The notes beneath the pieces were generated by a model. The model did not search any database. It was not told the origin of the DNA and worked only from the letters and a program-made list of their open reading frames with translations. Shown piece after piece: positions 1 to 12,900 of a DNA stretch of 64,000 nucleotides. The DNA lies in NCBI GenBank assembly GCA_010909165.1, contig VJWM01000287.1, positions 62,001-126,000 of the forward strand, in the 5' to 3' direction. The DNA comes from Anthoceros angustus. Taxonomy: Eukaryota > Plantae > Anthocerotophyta. The number at the start of each line of letters is the position of its first letter. The stretch's first letter is position 1. The position numbers and the translations under genes were made by a program.

Positions 1-99
1 AAAACGGATGCACAAGAACGAGAATGCAGCAGGAGGTTTTTGCTGACTTTTGCATGCACAATTCACGGATTTCTGTGCCCAATAGCTTGAATGGAAGGT

Positions 100-2520
100 C
101 TATGCAGGGGTTACAGAATGATATGTCTGTATTGTGTTTTGGACCCGAAACAACGGAGTTCTTGTTGTAAGATGGATTGCGACAATCGCGTTGCAGGTGA
201 GTGAGCAAAGACAAAAACGTGGCCAGCCTTTGCACAATCGGCAAGGATCGGCATTTCTACTTAATCGATTCACTGAAGGCAGCCTTCCCTGCAGCTTGTT
301 TAGCAAATGTAGGGCGCTTTGCCTTCGGAGGCAGTTTCCATGATGGACTGTTTTCCCAAAACGGTTTCTTCCTCTTCAAGCTATTGTCGGACACTTCGCC
401 TCTTGGCAAGAGGTATGGAATCTGCATTAGACTATTCTCCTCAGCTTCTGCAGCCACACCCTCTAATTGCCGGAACACATCCTGTATCAGTGCAACTGCA
501 TGGGCCTCAATGCCAGGTTTCCTCTATACTAAACTTGATATGTTTTCCCAAATAGCTGCTAAGTTCATTTGGCGGGGGGACAAGAGCTCTCGTAATCCCG
601 TTTGTTCCAGCACCCACAGCTTGTGACAAAGGACGATGCACAATTGTCAGCTCGTTTCGAACACTACCACAAAGTTCAGCCTCCCGGCAGAAAATAGAGG
701 TGCTTGTCTATACGATTCTTGTGAAGTAGCCAGATGCATATATACCCACAAGGGTTTCTGTGGGCACTACTTCCTGCAAGAGCATCATGACCTTCACTTG
801 ATGCTTACAAAGAAACCCAGATGAAATCTTGCATGCAGCTGCCCCAAGGAGAGCCGGCGTTAAACACATGATAAGCCTTGTCCTTCTTTGCATTCTCGCT
901 CCTCACGATAGCATATGGTTGCCCAGTACAAGGTAGGGATACATCGGACTCTGGGATTTCCAATGCTTTGTTCAAAGCACTCGACAACCTTTCTTGCTTA
1001 TTATTCCTAATGATGCCACCGCTTACATTGTCTTTGGTACCAAAATGTCTGCTCACTTCTCGTCAGATATGTAAAAGCCGAGTCTCGCTACGAAGATTCT
1101 TCTTGTGAGGAGACAACGGTACTTAAGGTGACGGCGATAAGCTTTGATCAAGAGTTGCGTCTTGGCCTGCATGAGGTATAGTCCTTCGCCTTTATCCACA
1201 TGTCCATGACATCCCCCACGCTGAAAATAATGCACAATCGGCTTCCAGGCACCATACACCTCGTAAAACTCTTGAAGCTTCATCCGGCTGATGCTAGATC
1301 ATTCCTTGAGTCCATGTCCATGTACATAACATTTCCCAAGGCCTTCATCATGGCTGCCACTTTATGACTTGACTTTCTTCAAGAGCCGCAACCACGCCCA
1401 GACATGCCATAGACAGAGGAACACAAGAGTTGTGCTGCCAAATACTTACTTTTATCTCCGCCGCATACCATCGACAAGGAAAGCCGAGGATGCCAATCTA
1501 ACGTAGGACGCAATTTCCTTTGCAAAGCCGTTAACCACATGGCCATGTGTTCTGCAGTAGATTGACTGGTCACTACCCAGGCCACCGGTATGCCATTGCG
1601 GTGATCATCGAACACCAGCAAAGTGAACAATTGAAACTGAAATAAAGAGAAAGCGAGTTAGGAAGCCAGCATCCCACAATCTTGTGTTTGAAATGCAAAG
1701 AATCTAACCTTCCACTTGTTGGTGCCGAATGTGGCATCCATTGAAATGATGGATTGATGCCCCCAGTGAAGCATGCATTCCTCATGGAATCTTGTTTGAA
1801 ACCCTAAAGTAAAATGTGTGCCCTCCATCGAAGCACCAGGTGGTGGGAAGAAAACAATATCCCTGTGGATGTCAATCCATAGCTTGACACTGACTTCATC
1901 AATGGTATGGAGTCTCCAAGTCCTTGCATCCAACTCACCGCAAGTTGCGTATGTCCTTAGGCAAGAGAAAATCATCTCTATAAGATGTTAGGATCCCCTT
2001 GCATCCTAACATAGACATCGTTCTCGTGATCACATAAAATCTAGTATGGAGTGGTTTTGCACAAAAGTTTGTGCTTCACCCATTCCCTCTTGCTTGCTGA
2101 TAAAGAAGGAGCAAAGCACGTGAGGGAGTTGCATCTGCTGCTAACAATCCATGGCAAAAGTCACCAGAGGCATTCACATGATGCCACTGATCAAAACGGA
2201 TTTGAGCAATATCTTGAAACAACTCCAATTGAGTAATGACAACCACAAACTCACAACCTACTTTCCTGCTCTCCCCACAAGCCACCTTGCTCCTTCGACT
2301 TCCAGGTCCAAACTTTGGCCTATTAGTCATGTCCACCAAGGGTGCATCACTTTGGAGACGGTTGTCAGATCTGGAACCATACGCACAGCAATACCTTATG
2401 TATTGCTTTGGTGTGGTTGGTGACAGGACATTATACTTACGTGCCTTTGCCTTGGACCGTGTGCAGAGTTTGGATCTCATAAGGAAACCTTGCCATCTAC
2501 AGAGGTAGCATAACACCCGA
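100..2520 (-). mobile_element. Degenerate Mutator-like (MULE) transposase with C-terminal SWIM zinc finger; boundaries approximate, may continue past the left window edge
   Basis: Minus-strand ORF pieces: ISMDATFGTNKWK (1658-1975) and FTLLVFDDHRNGIPVAWVVTSQSTAEHMAMWLTAL (1379-1630) match the MULE DDE core. GSC..GFLCKHQVKV (~770-850) matches SWIM. Several frameshifts; no TIR identified. Confidence 0.8.
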
Positions 2521-3105
2521 CGTCAAAATGCTTAACTGGCCCCGAGATTAGGCTAATTAAATGATCTCTGCGAAGCAATCACAACTCTCGTGAATCAGCC
2601 GGAGGAACTGAAAACTTACACTTTACTGACGAGATGAACTACAAGCCCCCCACACCTAATCAATCCATCGCAACACTTCCCGTACGCGCACGCCTCCTGC
2701 GCCTACAAGGACCATCATACCACTTCCCATAGCGTGATCAGCAACGCACATTGCTAGCTTGGTGTGACACACTCGAGTAATTGAGCGGGGAAGGTCCGGA
2801 GGCTTTCATTAACATGTGTTCTGAAACCAAAGCGTTTTGCCCACCCGTTTTCATTTTCCTGGAATAACTATGCCCTGGCACAACTTAGGGACGGAGTTTG
2901 GCGGAACGGGCGTCCAAACGGGCGCGGCAAGCTGTTGCCGTCCAACGGTAACGTGTGCGGGATGGTGTGGACATGCGCAGTGGGTGCGAGTGGGCATGGC
3001 CCCATGACATATGGGATGGCGAAGGCAAAACCATTTGCGCCGCCCTCGTATTATGTGCCTCATTACTTCGTGTGTACCAATAGCTCGTGCGTATAAAAAC
3101 ATCCT

Positions 3106-4070
3106 TTTTATTTTCTTATGCATTGTATTTTGTGTAAGAAGTTTAGTGAAGAAGAACAAGAAGAAGAATTTTATTTAAGTCCACTAAGGACGGATTTCCG
3201 TCATGGGACTTGGCACTTAACAACTTGTACCATGGTATGCCTAAGCTACTTGCATCAAGGGCATCCATTCCCTTTAGGCACCCCATCTAAGTACCGATCC
3301 AAGCGCAGGATGCTTCATAAGCACGTTCTTATAAATGTGTGTCCATTTGACCTAAGCCATTTGTAGTGGCTGAGAGTTGAGAGCAAGGACAAAGGATAAT
3401 TCTGTGGAAGTATCCGTTTTATTTTCTTATGTATTGTATTTTGTGTAAGAAGTTTAGTGGCTGAGAGTTGAGAGCAAAGACAAAGGATAATTCTGTGGAA
3501 GTTTAGTGCTGAGAGTTGAAAGTGAGAGCAAAGATATTTTCTTATGCATTGTATTTTGTGTAAGAAGTTTAGTGGCTGAGAGTTGAGAGCAAAGATGAGG
3601 ATAATACTGTGGAAGTTTAGTGCTAAGAGTTGAAAGTTAAGATAAGGATAGAGACTCTAGATATAATTAAGTTTAAAGCTTTTAACTTAAAGAAAGAAGA
3701 AGAGGAAGAAGAAAAAATTTATTATAATCTCTTACTTTAAGTCCACTAAGGAGGGACATGCCGCCATGGGACTTGATTCACCGAGCAACTTGCTCCAAGG
3801 AGTAAACTAGACTACTAGCACCAAAGGCATTCATCTCGAGGCACCCCATCTGCGTCCCCCTTACTATGTAGAGGGCTTAACTACATGTCGGGCAACTTGC
3901 TCCATGGAGTAAACTAGGCTACGAGCGCCAGAGGCATTTCTCTCTAGGTACTTTCGCCAGAGGCATTTCTCTCTAGGTACTTCGTTTGGGTCCCTTTTAC
4001 GGTGTAGAGGGCTAAACTATGGCATTCATAAGTTATGTGTGTCCATTTAGCCTAAGCCATTTGGGCACAC
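3106..4070. repeat. Patchwork of short dispersed direct repeats (decayed repeat element)
   Basis: ttttcttatg(c/t)attgtattttgtgtaagaagtttagtg at ~3111, ~3422 and ~3537; gtggctgagagttgagagcaa three times; cgccagaggcatttctctctaggtactt duplicated at ~3927 and ~3955. Confidence 0.55.
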
Positions 4071-4921
4071 AACCAAAATAATTTGTTACCTACCGATGGA
4101 TAGTCCTTCTTTTCGAATGTTTGTTCTTTCATTTTGATCCTTCATTTAGATTGTGTGAAACAAACTTCTAGTCTGGTTATGCTAGATATCATGGTATCTA
4201 GTGGAGGCGTACATGTTTTTTACGTTTATCTAAAGAAAAAGGGGGAAAAAGGAGACTTTATTATGAAAAAGAGATGGGAAAAACTCATCCACCCCAAAAA
4301 CAAAGGGGGAAGAACCCAACAAAGAGCATCAAGCCAGATTTTTATGTTTATCTAAGGACAAATAATTGTCGGAATCATGTATGTCGAGTTTAAATTATAT
4401 TAAAAAGACCAGCAAAAACTTCTCTTCAAAATTTGACCAATTGTGATTACAAACACTAAGGGACCTACATTTAGAAAGATATAAGTTTCTATAGTTTAAC
4501 AAGGTTTTGTTGAATATCTTTTCATATTTAAAAAACTATTATATATTAGATTTCAAATGACATTATATTCTTGTATAAGTACCTGAAGTCTCGACTCAAG
4601 CTTTGTGCCCATTTTAGGGTAAAAACCCATGTGAATATGCTCTAGCTGATTTTTGTATTATTTTGTATTATATTTGAATACTCAAACTCTAGGACGTATG
4701 GCCATTGCTAAAGTATGATGTCAATATATTATTTACAATATTTAAATACTCAAACTCTAGGACATATGGCCATTACTCAGGACCTGAATGGACTTATGGT
4801 TGACCCCTTTTTTTCTGTGTAGATGGTGTTTTTCCCATCTCTCTTCTTTCCACATGAAGTCTCTCTTCCCAACCAAACGATTACGGGTGGGGACCACTTA
4901 ATTTTTTTATCATTCCCACAG

Positions 4922-5377
4922 GTATTCTTCGCACATCATGCCAATATTGATCGCTTGTGGGATGTATGGAAAAGTTTTGGCGATTGGCGGGTGGAAATCA
5001 GTGACCCAGATTATCTGAATTCAGAGTTCCTTTTTTACAATGAAAAAGCCGAGCCCGTTATTGTTAAAGTCAACCAAGGCGTGAATGCTAAGACTCAACT
5101 TCGCTACAACTATGAAAAGGCGCCTAACAATGGTGATAAAAGTGGTATGAATTCAAGCCCAAAATATGCTCAAACTTTGCATCTACCGATGACAAATTGG
5201 CTTGGATAAACTCTATACCGATGTATGACGAAAAGAATGTTCAAGTTATTTGGCGTTCGCCTGCTGTATTACGAATTGCAAGGCCACAAAGTAATCAAAC
5301 TTCCAGTGACTCAAATGTGACGGACTATTCAAACACAACCTGTGAACTAACTTTACTCGTACTTAACGAAATTTGAG
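4922..5377 (+). pseudogene. PPO: Polyphenol oxidase (tyrosinase) 3' remnant: CuB end, DWL-like segment and start of the C-terminal domain
   Basis: After an acceptor cag at 4919-4921: VFFAHHANIDRLWDVW (CuB motif), then DPDYLNSEFLFYNE..VIVKV..LRYNYE (DWL domain). A frameshift near 5138 leads to KWYEFKP...RIARP...LLVLNEI and a premature TGA. No upstream CuA exon is visible. Confidence 0.85.
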
Positions 5378-5831
5378 TCAAAATTAACCGTCTGTACACG
5401 AATGACTTTTTCCTAATCTTGATAGCGGTAGACGAAGATGAAAATAGTTTTTTTCTTAGGTTAATAGTTTACTTCTACTATGTACGAATTTCAACTTCAA
5501 ATCAAATTTCATGCCAATACCGGTAAAAAAGTGAAATTTTGGTTAGAGCCCATACATGTTAAGTAAGCAACCATGGTTTGATATATAAACATGTCGGAGG
5601 CGAAATTGGTGTGGTTCAGTAATGGCTTCGCCCAAAACTTGAGCTGAACCACACCCCAACCATGAGCCCTAAGTATGAGGCTAGGGTAAGTTAGTGGCGC
5701 CAATTTCAAGTACAAGTATGAAAAAACGATGAGTCGCAGCCATTAAGATACAAGTAGGAAAGGATGCAAAGTGGCAGCAATTTAGGATACAAGTATGAAA
5801 GAACATAGAGTGGCAGCAGTTTAAGACACCA

Positions 5832-5987
5832 GTATGAAAGGACACGGGATTGGGTTCAAATGAAAGGATAGGGATTGGGTTCAAATGAAAGGATAGGGAT
5901 TGGGCTCAAATGCAAGGATAGGGATTGGGTTCAAATGAAAGGATAGGGATTGGGTTCAAATGAAAGGACACGGATTGGGTTTAAATC
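5832..5987. repeat. 25-bp tandem repeat (~6 copies), preceded by ~39-bp degenerate repeats from ~5708
   Basis: Unit ggatagggattgggttcaaatgaaa repeated directly with few substitutions. Confidence 0.9.
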
Positions 5988-6483
5988 CATTCCTCACATG
6001 GATCGCATTTTTGAAAGATTCAATATTTTCTACTATAAAATTCTTTACTTGTTTTATTTGGTTCCAAGAATAATATTTAGACTGACCTAGCCCAATGCAA
6101 AGAAAAGGTTCTATAAATTATTTTAAAACTTAAAAATATTTTAAAATTATATAATGTCCTACAACTTTTATGGACCTAAAAGTTTTGTGGAAATTTGGGA
6201 ACTTATAAATCTGTGAATATTGCGCATCTTACACTAAGCATATTGACATGTTGGGGATACACTCAACTCAGGGGCTGAGACGCAGCCTGAGTGTGTGGAC
6301 GTGATGGATCCCTCCTGATCCTAGATCCTAGAGTTGCGTATACCTATATATGTAGCTCTAGACATGTTTGTTCCGAGTCTTTCATGACCCACCCTGGAGG
6401 AGCAGGCTGCAGGCTATAGGCTGCAAGCTTACAAGAAGGTTCATGAGTTATAAGCGATAATTATGTATCAAGCAACCAGATGC

Positions 6484-9113
6484 TCAGCCTTGGCTCGCTG
6501 CCTGTTCCTGCCCCTGGATTGTGATGTCCCTGTAGCGGACAATGTAGGGCAGGTCTCTGCCATGCCACTTCCCCGTCCATGCCCCGGCGTTCACATCGGA
6601 CGCATTCCAAACCGAGGCGTAGTAGAAGACCGGCTTGAGTGGGTACGGTTTGTTGGCGGCCGCTTGCTGCAGCTGCGTCACCGTCCTCACAACCTTCCCG
6701 TCCACCACCCACCTGATGAAAACAAGAAGCCACAAGCTTAATTCCAGGAGTGAGAACATTTGGGAGCATGGCAGGGGATCCATGCATATGGGGTGGTGAA
6801 GGAAAAAGTTTGACGACTCACTGGATCTTGTCCTTGTCGTAGACGATGGTGTAGATGTGGTAGGCTTCGGAGCAGTCGAAGCCCAGGTCGATGAGGAGCT
6901 CGTGCGCGCCCACCCCGTTCACGTAGAAGTTGGTCTGGACGGCGTTCTTGTTGTTGCCCAGCCACTCGAAGTCGATCTCGTCTTGCACGCGGCTGCCTTC
7001 CAGGGACGAGAGGTAGAGGCTGGAGAGCAGGCCGCTGGTGTCGCCCGCGGCGCACTTGAAGCCGCCGGAGAAGCGGCCCGACGCGTAGCTCTGCACGGAC
7101 CGGAAGCGGCCCCCGCACCCCGTGGCGTCGTAGGAGATGGAGGCGTCCGAGAGCTCCACAGCCACGTTGTTGTAGCAGTAGTCGATGGCCAGGGGCCGCA
7201 TCGGGATGGGCACGTTGCTGCTGGCCGCCGGCCGGGCGGGAGGCTGCCAGGGCAGGGTGAGCGGGGAGAGCACGGAGATGGAGTCGAAGTACATGGAGAA
7301 GGGCCCGTTGCTCCAGTCCACCGTGCCGGCGTAGGCCCCGTTGGCCACCGTCGAGGCGTCCCAGGTGTAGCCGTAGATGCTCCCGGGCTTGGTGGGGTAG
7401 GCCGACCCGGCGAAGGCCTTCGTCACCGTGCGCAGCAGGAGGTTGTCCACCAGCCACCTGCGGCTGGAAGTGTCAGACATGGGCGATCCTGGAAGGGGGA
7501 TGGATCATGAATCCGAATTCATGCGGCAGGCAGGCAGGCAGGCAGGCAGGCAACCCACCACGTGCGTCCAGCATGATTTGGTCTTGACAGGCAGAGGCGG
7601 CATCCAGGTGGGAGCAGGAGCGTGAGCTCAATGCAGCAAAGCAGAATGCGCAAACCATGCCTTAGGGTTTGATTGCACAGATCTGGAGGAAGCAGATGAT
7701 TAGTATGGAGGATTGTGGAGGGGAGCAGCAGCAGGAGGATTGGGTGATGGTGGGCGGCGGGGTGGTGGGCGCTCACATGATGGACTGGCTGTCCCACTTG
7801 ATGGTGTACTGGTGGAACTTCACGGATGTGTCGAAGGAGACCACGATCACCTGCTGGTTGCCTGCGGAGTTGCCGTTTACGGCATAGTTGGTGACGATGC
7901 GGTTCGGCTTGTCGCCCAGGAAGTCGAAGCTGATGCTGTCACTGGCTTGGTCATTGGATGAAATCTGCAGGGTCACAGCACAGGATGGATGGATGGATGG
8001 ATGATGGTAAGTCTCAGGTTGCAGGGATGGCTGGTTGGTGTTGCAGGCAGGAAGAGAGGAGAGATTTGCTCACATAGAAGCTGTTGCTGACACCGCAGGC
8101 CTTGACGGGAGTCCGCAAATTTGCTCTGAACACGCCCGAGGAGTATTTGTCCTGCGAGTGGAATTTCCCTCCTGCAGGAAGCCACAAATGGTTTTCAGGT
8201 TGTCGCTGTTGAAGCCGCTCAGAACTGAATGAATCCAATGCCTCCTGAAGGAGGGTTTGTTGGGTTTTTGCAGGAAGGAGCTTCAGCACTCACCGCAAGC
8301 TTGGTCGAGGCGGATGGTGACCGTGCTGTTTAGGATTGTGATGTGGTTTGGGCAGTAATCCACCGCCAGATTCTTCACCGGCCGCGGTGTCGGGATGGCT
8401 GGGACGCCCACGTCGGAAGGTTGGTATCCAGGGGCTTTCTCATTTGCCTTGTCCGGGCTCCCGTCATCATCCTTGTCGAGGATGCCTGGACTCATGATCT
8501 CCAGCAGTTGCTGTGCGCTGGCTACGCTGCGCCCGACCTACACACGTCCAAATATCTTTCAGGCTGGGCTGTCGCTCTCTCTCGCCTTACTGGATGCGTC
8601 AGATTGGGAGCAGGCGTCACAGACCTTGCGAAGATTGGAGCGAGCTTCCCGGGCTTCATTGGTCTTGACATGGGCCATGCCTTCGATGCAGTCGTCCAAG
8701 GAGGCCTCCACTGCGTACAGCTCTTGCGCAGTGCTGCCGGCTCCGTCGTCCTGGGCGATGAACTTGGCGGCCTGGTTGAGGCCTGTGCTGACATCGTCCA
8801 GCTCCTTGACGCAGTCTCCACCCAACACCGGGGAGTCTGCAACCTCCGCCAGGTACACCTGCGCGTCGTTGATCCTCGCCTTGGCTAACTGCAATGCGAT
8901 GGCCTGCTTGGTGGCGGGGGCGGAATTCTGGTAGGACGAGGTGAAGCTTCTGCTCGGGGTGAAGTAGGTGCTGCCGTACTCTCCACCGAGCACCCCGGCC
9001 TCTGCTCTGCCGGGGAAGGCATGTCTGTCAGTGCCCAGAAACAGCAAGATGGCCAGCCAGGCGAGGATCGTGGAGGCCCTCCTCTTGGGGAGGCCCATCT
9101 GCAGGGATCTCAT
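6484..9113 (-). CDS. Secreted PMEI-like domain + tandem GH16 (EG16-type endoglucanase) protein, ~622-627 aa; first GH16 predicted inactive
   Basis: Exons 9113 (or 9098)-8625, 8537-8294, 8171-8074, 7964-7777, 7457-6822 and 6712-6484. All introns are GT-AG and phase-compatible; 1884 nt in total with no internal stop. Hydrophobic signal peptide, then DC..ELDD..GLNQA...LDDCIEGM (PMEI-like). GH16-1 has DSISFDFLG. GH16-2 has LYLSSLEGSRVQDEIDFEWLG, LGFDCSE and YASVWNAS, typical of EG16. Confidence 0.9.
7525..8003. repeat. Intronic microsatellites (GGCA)n at ~7525-7551 and (GGAT)n at ~7983-8003
   Basis: Visible tetranucleotide runs inside introns of the GH16 gene. Confidence 0.8.
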
Positions 9114-10851
9114 AACAAATCCTGCAACGGCCTGCCCTTTATGGTGAGATGTAGTTGCGATTGTGTCTCTTTCTGCAGTCTCGTGCGTCGTGCGGATCCC
9201 CGATTACTATGTGGGCACTGGCTCCGGCACGAGCGCAGCACTGGGTCGCTCAGGCGCTTGACATCAAAGCTGCTTTGCCCCCTCTCGATTCACCAAACTC
9301 TCATGGCTGGGATCAGCTTTTTGCAGCTTTTGCAGAGACGGCAGCACCAGCCCCATCTCTGTCTGGCCTCGGCCCTCGCGCTCCAACTCAGGCGAAGGCC
9401 AATGAAAGGGGGTGGCGATTGGCGTGGAAAGGGCGGGGGTATTACCGGGTTAAGTAAACGGCTGAGGCGGTTATGGACGCTGGTCCTGGGACATCGCCGG
9501 GTCCCGGGACTGCGGCACGTAACCGCAAACGGTTACCCGCTGTCCACTTAGGCTTCCACGGACCAGGGTACAGCGCTTCCATCAGCGCCCATGTGGAGGA
9601 GGACCGTCGCCGAGCTCCTGTCGCCGGCATCGAGGGTATCTATGCTCGCTAGCGTTTTGGTGAGACGGATTTGCAGCTCGCCGGGCTGTTAGTTGTTACG
9701 CCGAACTTCGCAGGTTCAGGTTCCTGTCATTTGTTGAAGCTGGTGGGCAAATTGATGCTCATCGAGTTGTTAGGGCCGGGTCAGTAGCTACGTGTTTCTG
9801 TTATGTTAACACTTGAGGGGTGGATTGTGTGTCAATCTGTGGGAAATTGGACGGTTATGGATGGGAAGTCATTCCTCTTGTCTGGGGAAGGGCCACGAGT
9901 GATGTCCTGACCGGTGACCGCAGACATGCACAGACTGAGGTGCACAAAAGATTCACTTGCAAAATGTTGCCACAATCAAAGCTCATGAAAGTGAGTACTA
10001 CTTGCTCATACTCGATCCAGCTCTGAACTCGTTGGCATACATATTTGGGACATGCGCTTGCGCGGTGAAGCTTCCGGTGGCTGGAAGTGCGCCAGGTAGT
10101 CAAATTTACATGTCTTCCCAGGCCCACATTTCCCTGATTCCGGCAGACCCCCAGCAGTGACGAATCGGGCATGTCCCGGAGCAGCGCTTCTAGTTTGCTG
10201 GCGCTGAAGAGTCCAGCCCTGCCCCTGCCAAAGAGGTCAATCGTGCTGGTCATTTGTCACTTGTTTTAGTTCCTCTCCTCAGCAATGCTTTGTAGCAGCT
10301 TCCCTGCTCCCTGAGTATTGACATCTCAGACCTTGTTGTTTTTGTTATTTTTTAACCATCACACAATACCTTTTGCAATCTTTTTGAATCTTAATTTATA
10401 TGTGATTGTATATCATGAAACATAATAATGTATAACATGAAACATAATAATCTTTTTTTCACTACTTAGTTTATTATAGAAATAAATAATTATCTTTATA
10501 TATTTTTAATATTATTCAATTTGTTTCATGATTTTTCAAGATGGCTTTGAATGCGGGGGGCGCTGCATCTTTAGCTCCGATGGTAAGTAGGCCCTTTCTT
10601 ATTCCAGACTATGACATATATTAGCTGCTATCATGAGTGAAGATTGAGCTGCAAATAAGTTGGCAAAAACATTCATGATATCCTCCTCATATCTAAGTAG
10701 TATGTGTGTCAGGTGAGTCACAATGATGGCAAAATTTGAAGCCTAACTAACTTGCATCATCTAAAATTGCGATCTCTATATAGGTTTTGAACTTACGTCC
10801 TTCTTGATGTTAGCACGATACAATAAGTTTACAGGCTAGACACAATGTTAA

Positions 10852-12006
10852 CCCCTAAAGGACCAACAGACTCATTTTGAATGGTTCATCCTGCTGGGGC
10901 GGCCATTGAATTTTTTGGATGCCAAATTCTTTTGTAATTTGATGCTTGAGCTCGCGATGCCACAATCCTTTTGTACCCTCCCATTCTTGAACAAAAAAAA
11001 TGGCCATCACCATAGCCTTTTATGCCCGATGGATCGGAAAGATTCCTACATATGCCCTCAAACCATCCAGGTGTACTTTTGGTTTGCGCACGTTCCCTCT
11101 CACACAATTGCGACTAAATCAAGTGACAATACACATACAGTTGGGTGTCCCGGTGTGCTTTGTATGGCAGTTGATTGAATCGAAAAACTTTTGGCATGTA
11201 TAGACTCATCATATGTGGCCAATTTTTGCGAGGGTGCTCAGCCCTGGTTCTTCATGTGGGCATAATGTTTGCTCAGCAATCGGATGGAAGATGGTCCTAA
11301 TCGAGGTAAGATGTCGTGCCTCGTGGGTATGGCATGGTATGAAGGAGATCATTTTGAAAATTGACATGGTGTGAAGGAGATCATTTTGAAAATTGACATG
11401 GTGTGAAGGAGATCATTTTGAAAATTGACATGGTGTGAAGGAGATCATTTTGAAAATTGACATGGTGTGAAGGAGATCATTTTGAAAATTGACATGGTGT
11501 GAAGGAGATCATTTTGAAAATTGACATGGTGTGAAGGAGATCATTTTGAAAATTGACATGGTGTGAAGGAGATCATTTTGAAAATTGACATGGTGAAGGA
11601 GATCATTTTGAAAATTGACATGGTGTGAAGGAGATCATTTTGAAAATTGACATGGTGTGAAGGAGATCATTTTGAAAATTGACATGGTGTGAAGGAGATC
11701 ATTTTGAAAATTGACATGGTGTGAAGGAGATCATTTTGAAAATTGACATGGTGTGAAGGAGATCATTTTGAAAATTGACATGGTGTGAAGGAGATCATTG
11801 TGAAAATTGACATGGTGTGAAGGAGATCATTTTGTGAGGGCGGAGCTTAGTGAGGTCAAAGTCTTTTGTAGGCACATGTAGAAGTAGAGGAGACCACTGT
11901 TGTAATTGTCATCAAGAGCGATGGCAAAAAATATTTTTCTTTGTTTAATAATCAAAAAAGCAACATGTCGTCGAAAATGGCCTAAAAACCCCTCCGTCCT
12001 TACGGG
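10852..12006. mobile_element. Non-autonomous piggyBac-like element (MITE)
   Basis: TTAA at 10848-10851 is followed by CCCCTAAAGGAC. GTCCTTACGGG is followed by TTAA at 12007-12010 (reverse complement CCCGTAAGGAC). TTAA TSD plus CCC..GGG ends is the piggyBac signature. No transposase inside. Confidence 0.65.
11336..11834. repeat. 32-bp minisatellite, ~15.5 near-identical copies
   Basis: Unit ggtgtgaaggagatcattttgaaaattgacat with no spacers; one 2-nt deletion (~11592) and a variant near 11799. Confidence 0.97.
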
Positions 12007-12900
12007 TTAAACGCCTGATTTTAAGTCCCAACCAACGGCCACGCTGTTGGAGGCTGACCTCACTCTCAGCCTCGAGGCTCGGCTGCATTGAGGAGCGGGT
12101 CGTGTTGAGGCTTAGTTGCACGTAGTGGGGAGGGTTGTTTTGGAGGTCCAGTGGGGTCAACGAAGGCTTAGTGAAAAGCGTGTGGAGGCTTAGGTTGCGT
12201 ACAGTTCTTACACTTTTTCCACCTGGTTCCTGTTCTAAATGCCATGCTAACATTCAGTTGTATGGCTGCATACCTTCAGCCCTTCAGGGTCTACAAACAA
12301 GGGGACACCTTCGCTCTGCATTATTGCATACAGTTAGAACGCTTTTCCCCTTGTCCCGGCTCTAAATAGCAACCTAGGATTCCATTCCATGTAAGGTGCC
12401 AACCATAGCAACCACCTCCGAGGTAAATCCGAGGTAAGGTACTTCATCTCACAACAATCCTCTGCAGCAACAACAGCAGTTCGGCTCCACTTCTCACATT
12501 ACACAGCCGGCTTAAACAACGCAGTATACAGTTGTGTCAGCATGGATACCATCCCCAAGCCAACCAGTTGCAGGAAACGCTGCAACTCACAAACATCCAG
12601 CTTGGCCAGCTAAAACCCTATAACCTGGTGCCAGGAATCCGGAGCCTTCAAAGGTGCAGGGCAGGAACCAAGAGACTTGCATGATGGGATGTTCACCTGG
12701 GCCTGGCCATCATTGGAAGTTAAGACACCTGCCATTGGTCCCTATCCTTCGAGTTCCAAATGTTGGATGGACACAGTGGCCAGGTCCAAGGCCAGTCCTG
12801 GTTCGCATTTGTGGTCTTAGGAGTCAAGGAAACCTCCTATCCTTTGGCCAGCCCAGTGCTTGGCAGTTAGAATGGCTAGCTGCGCCGAAACCCTCATATC

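Noticed and set aside
6738-8934. Alternative ORFs overlapping the GH16 gene
   Set aside because: They are off-frame or antisense shadows of GC3-rich exons.
9855-10253. 132-aa minus-strand ORF
   Set aside because: No recognisable motif or convincing exon structure.
11336-11834. CRISPR array
   Set aside because: The 32-bp units are directly adjacent with no unique spacers, no cas genes are present and the context is eukaryotic.
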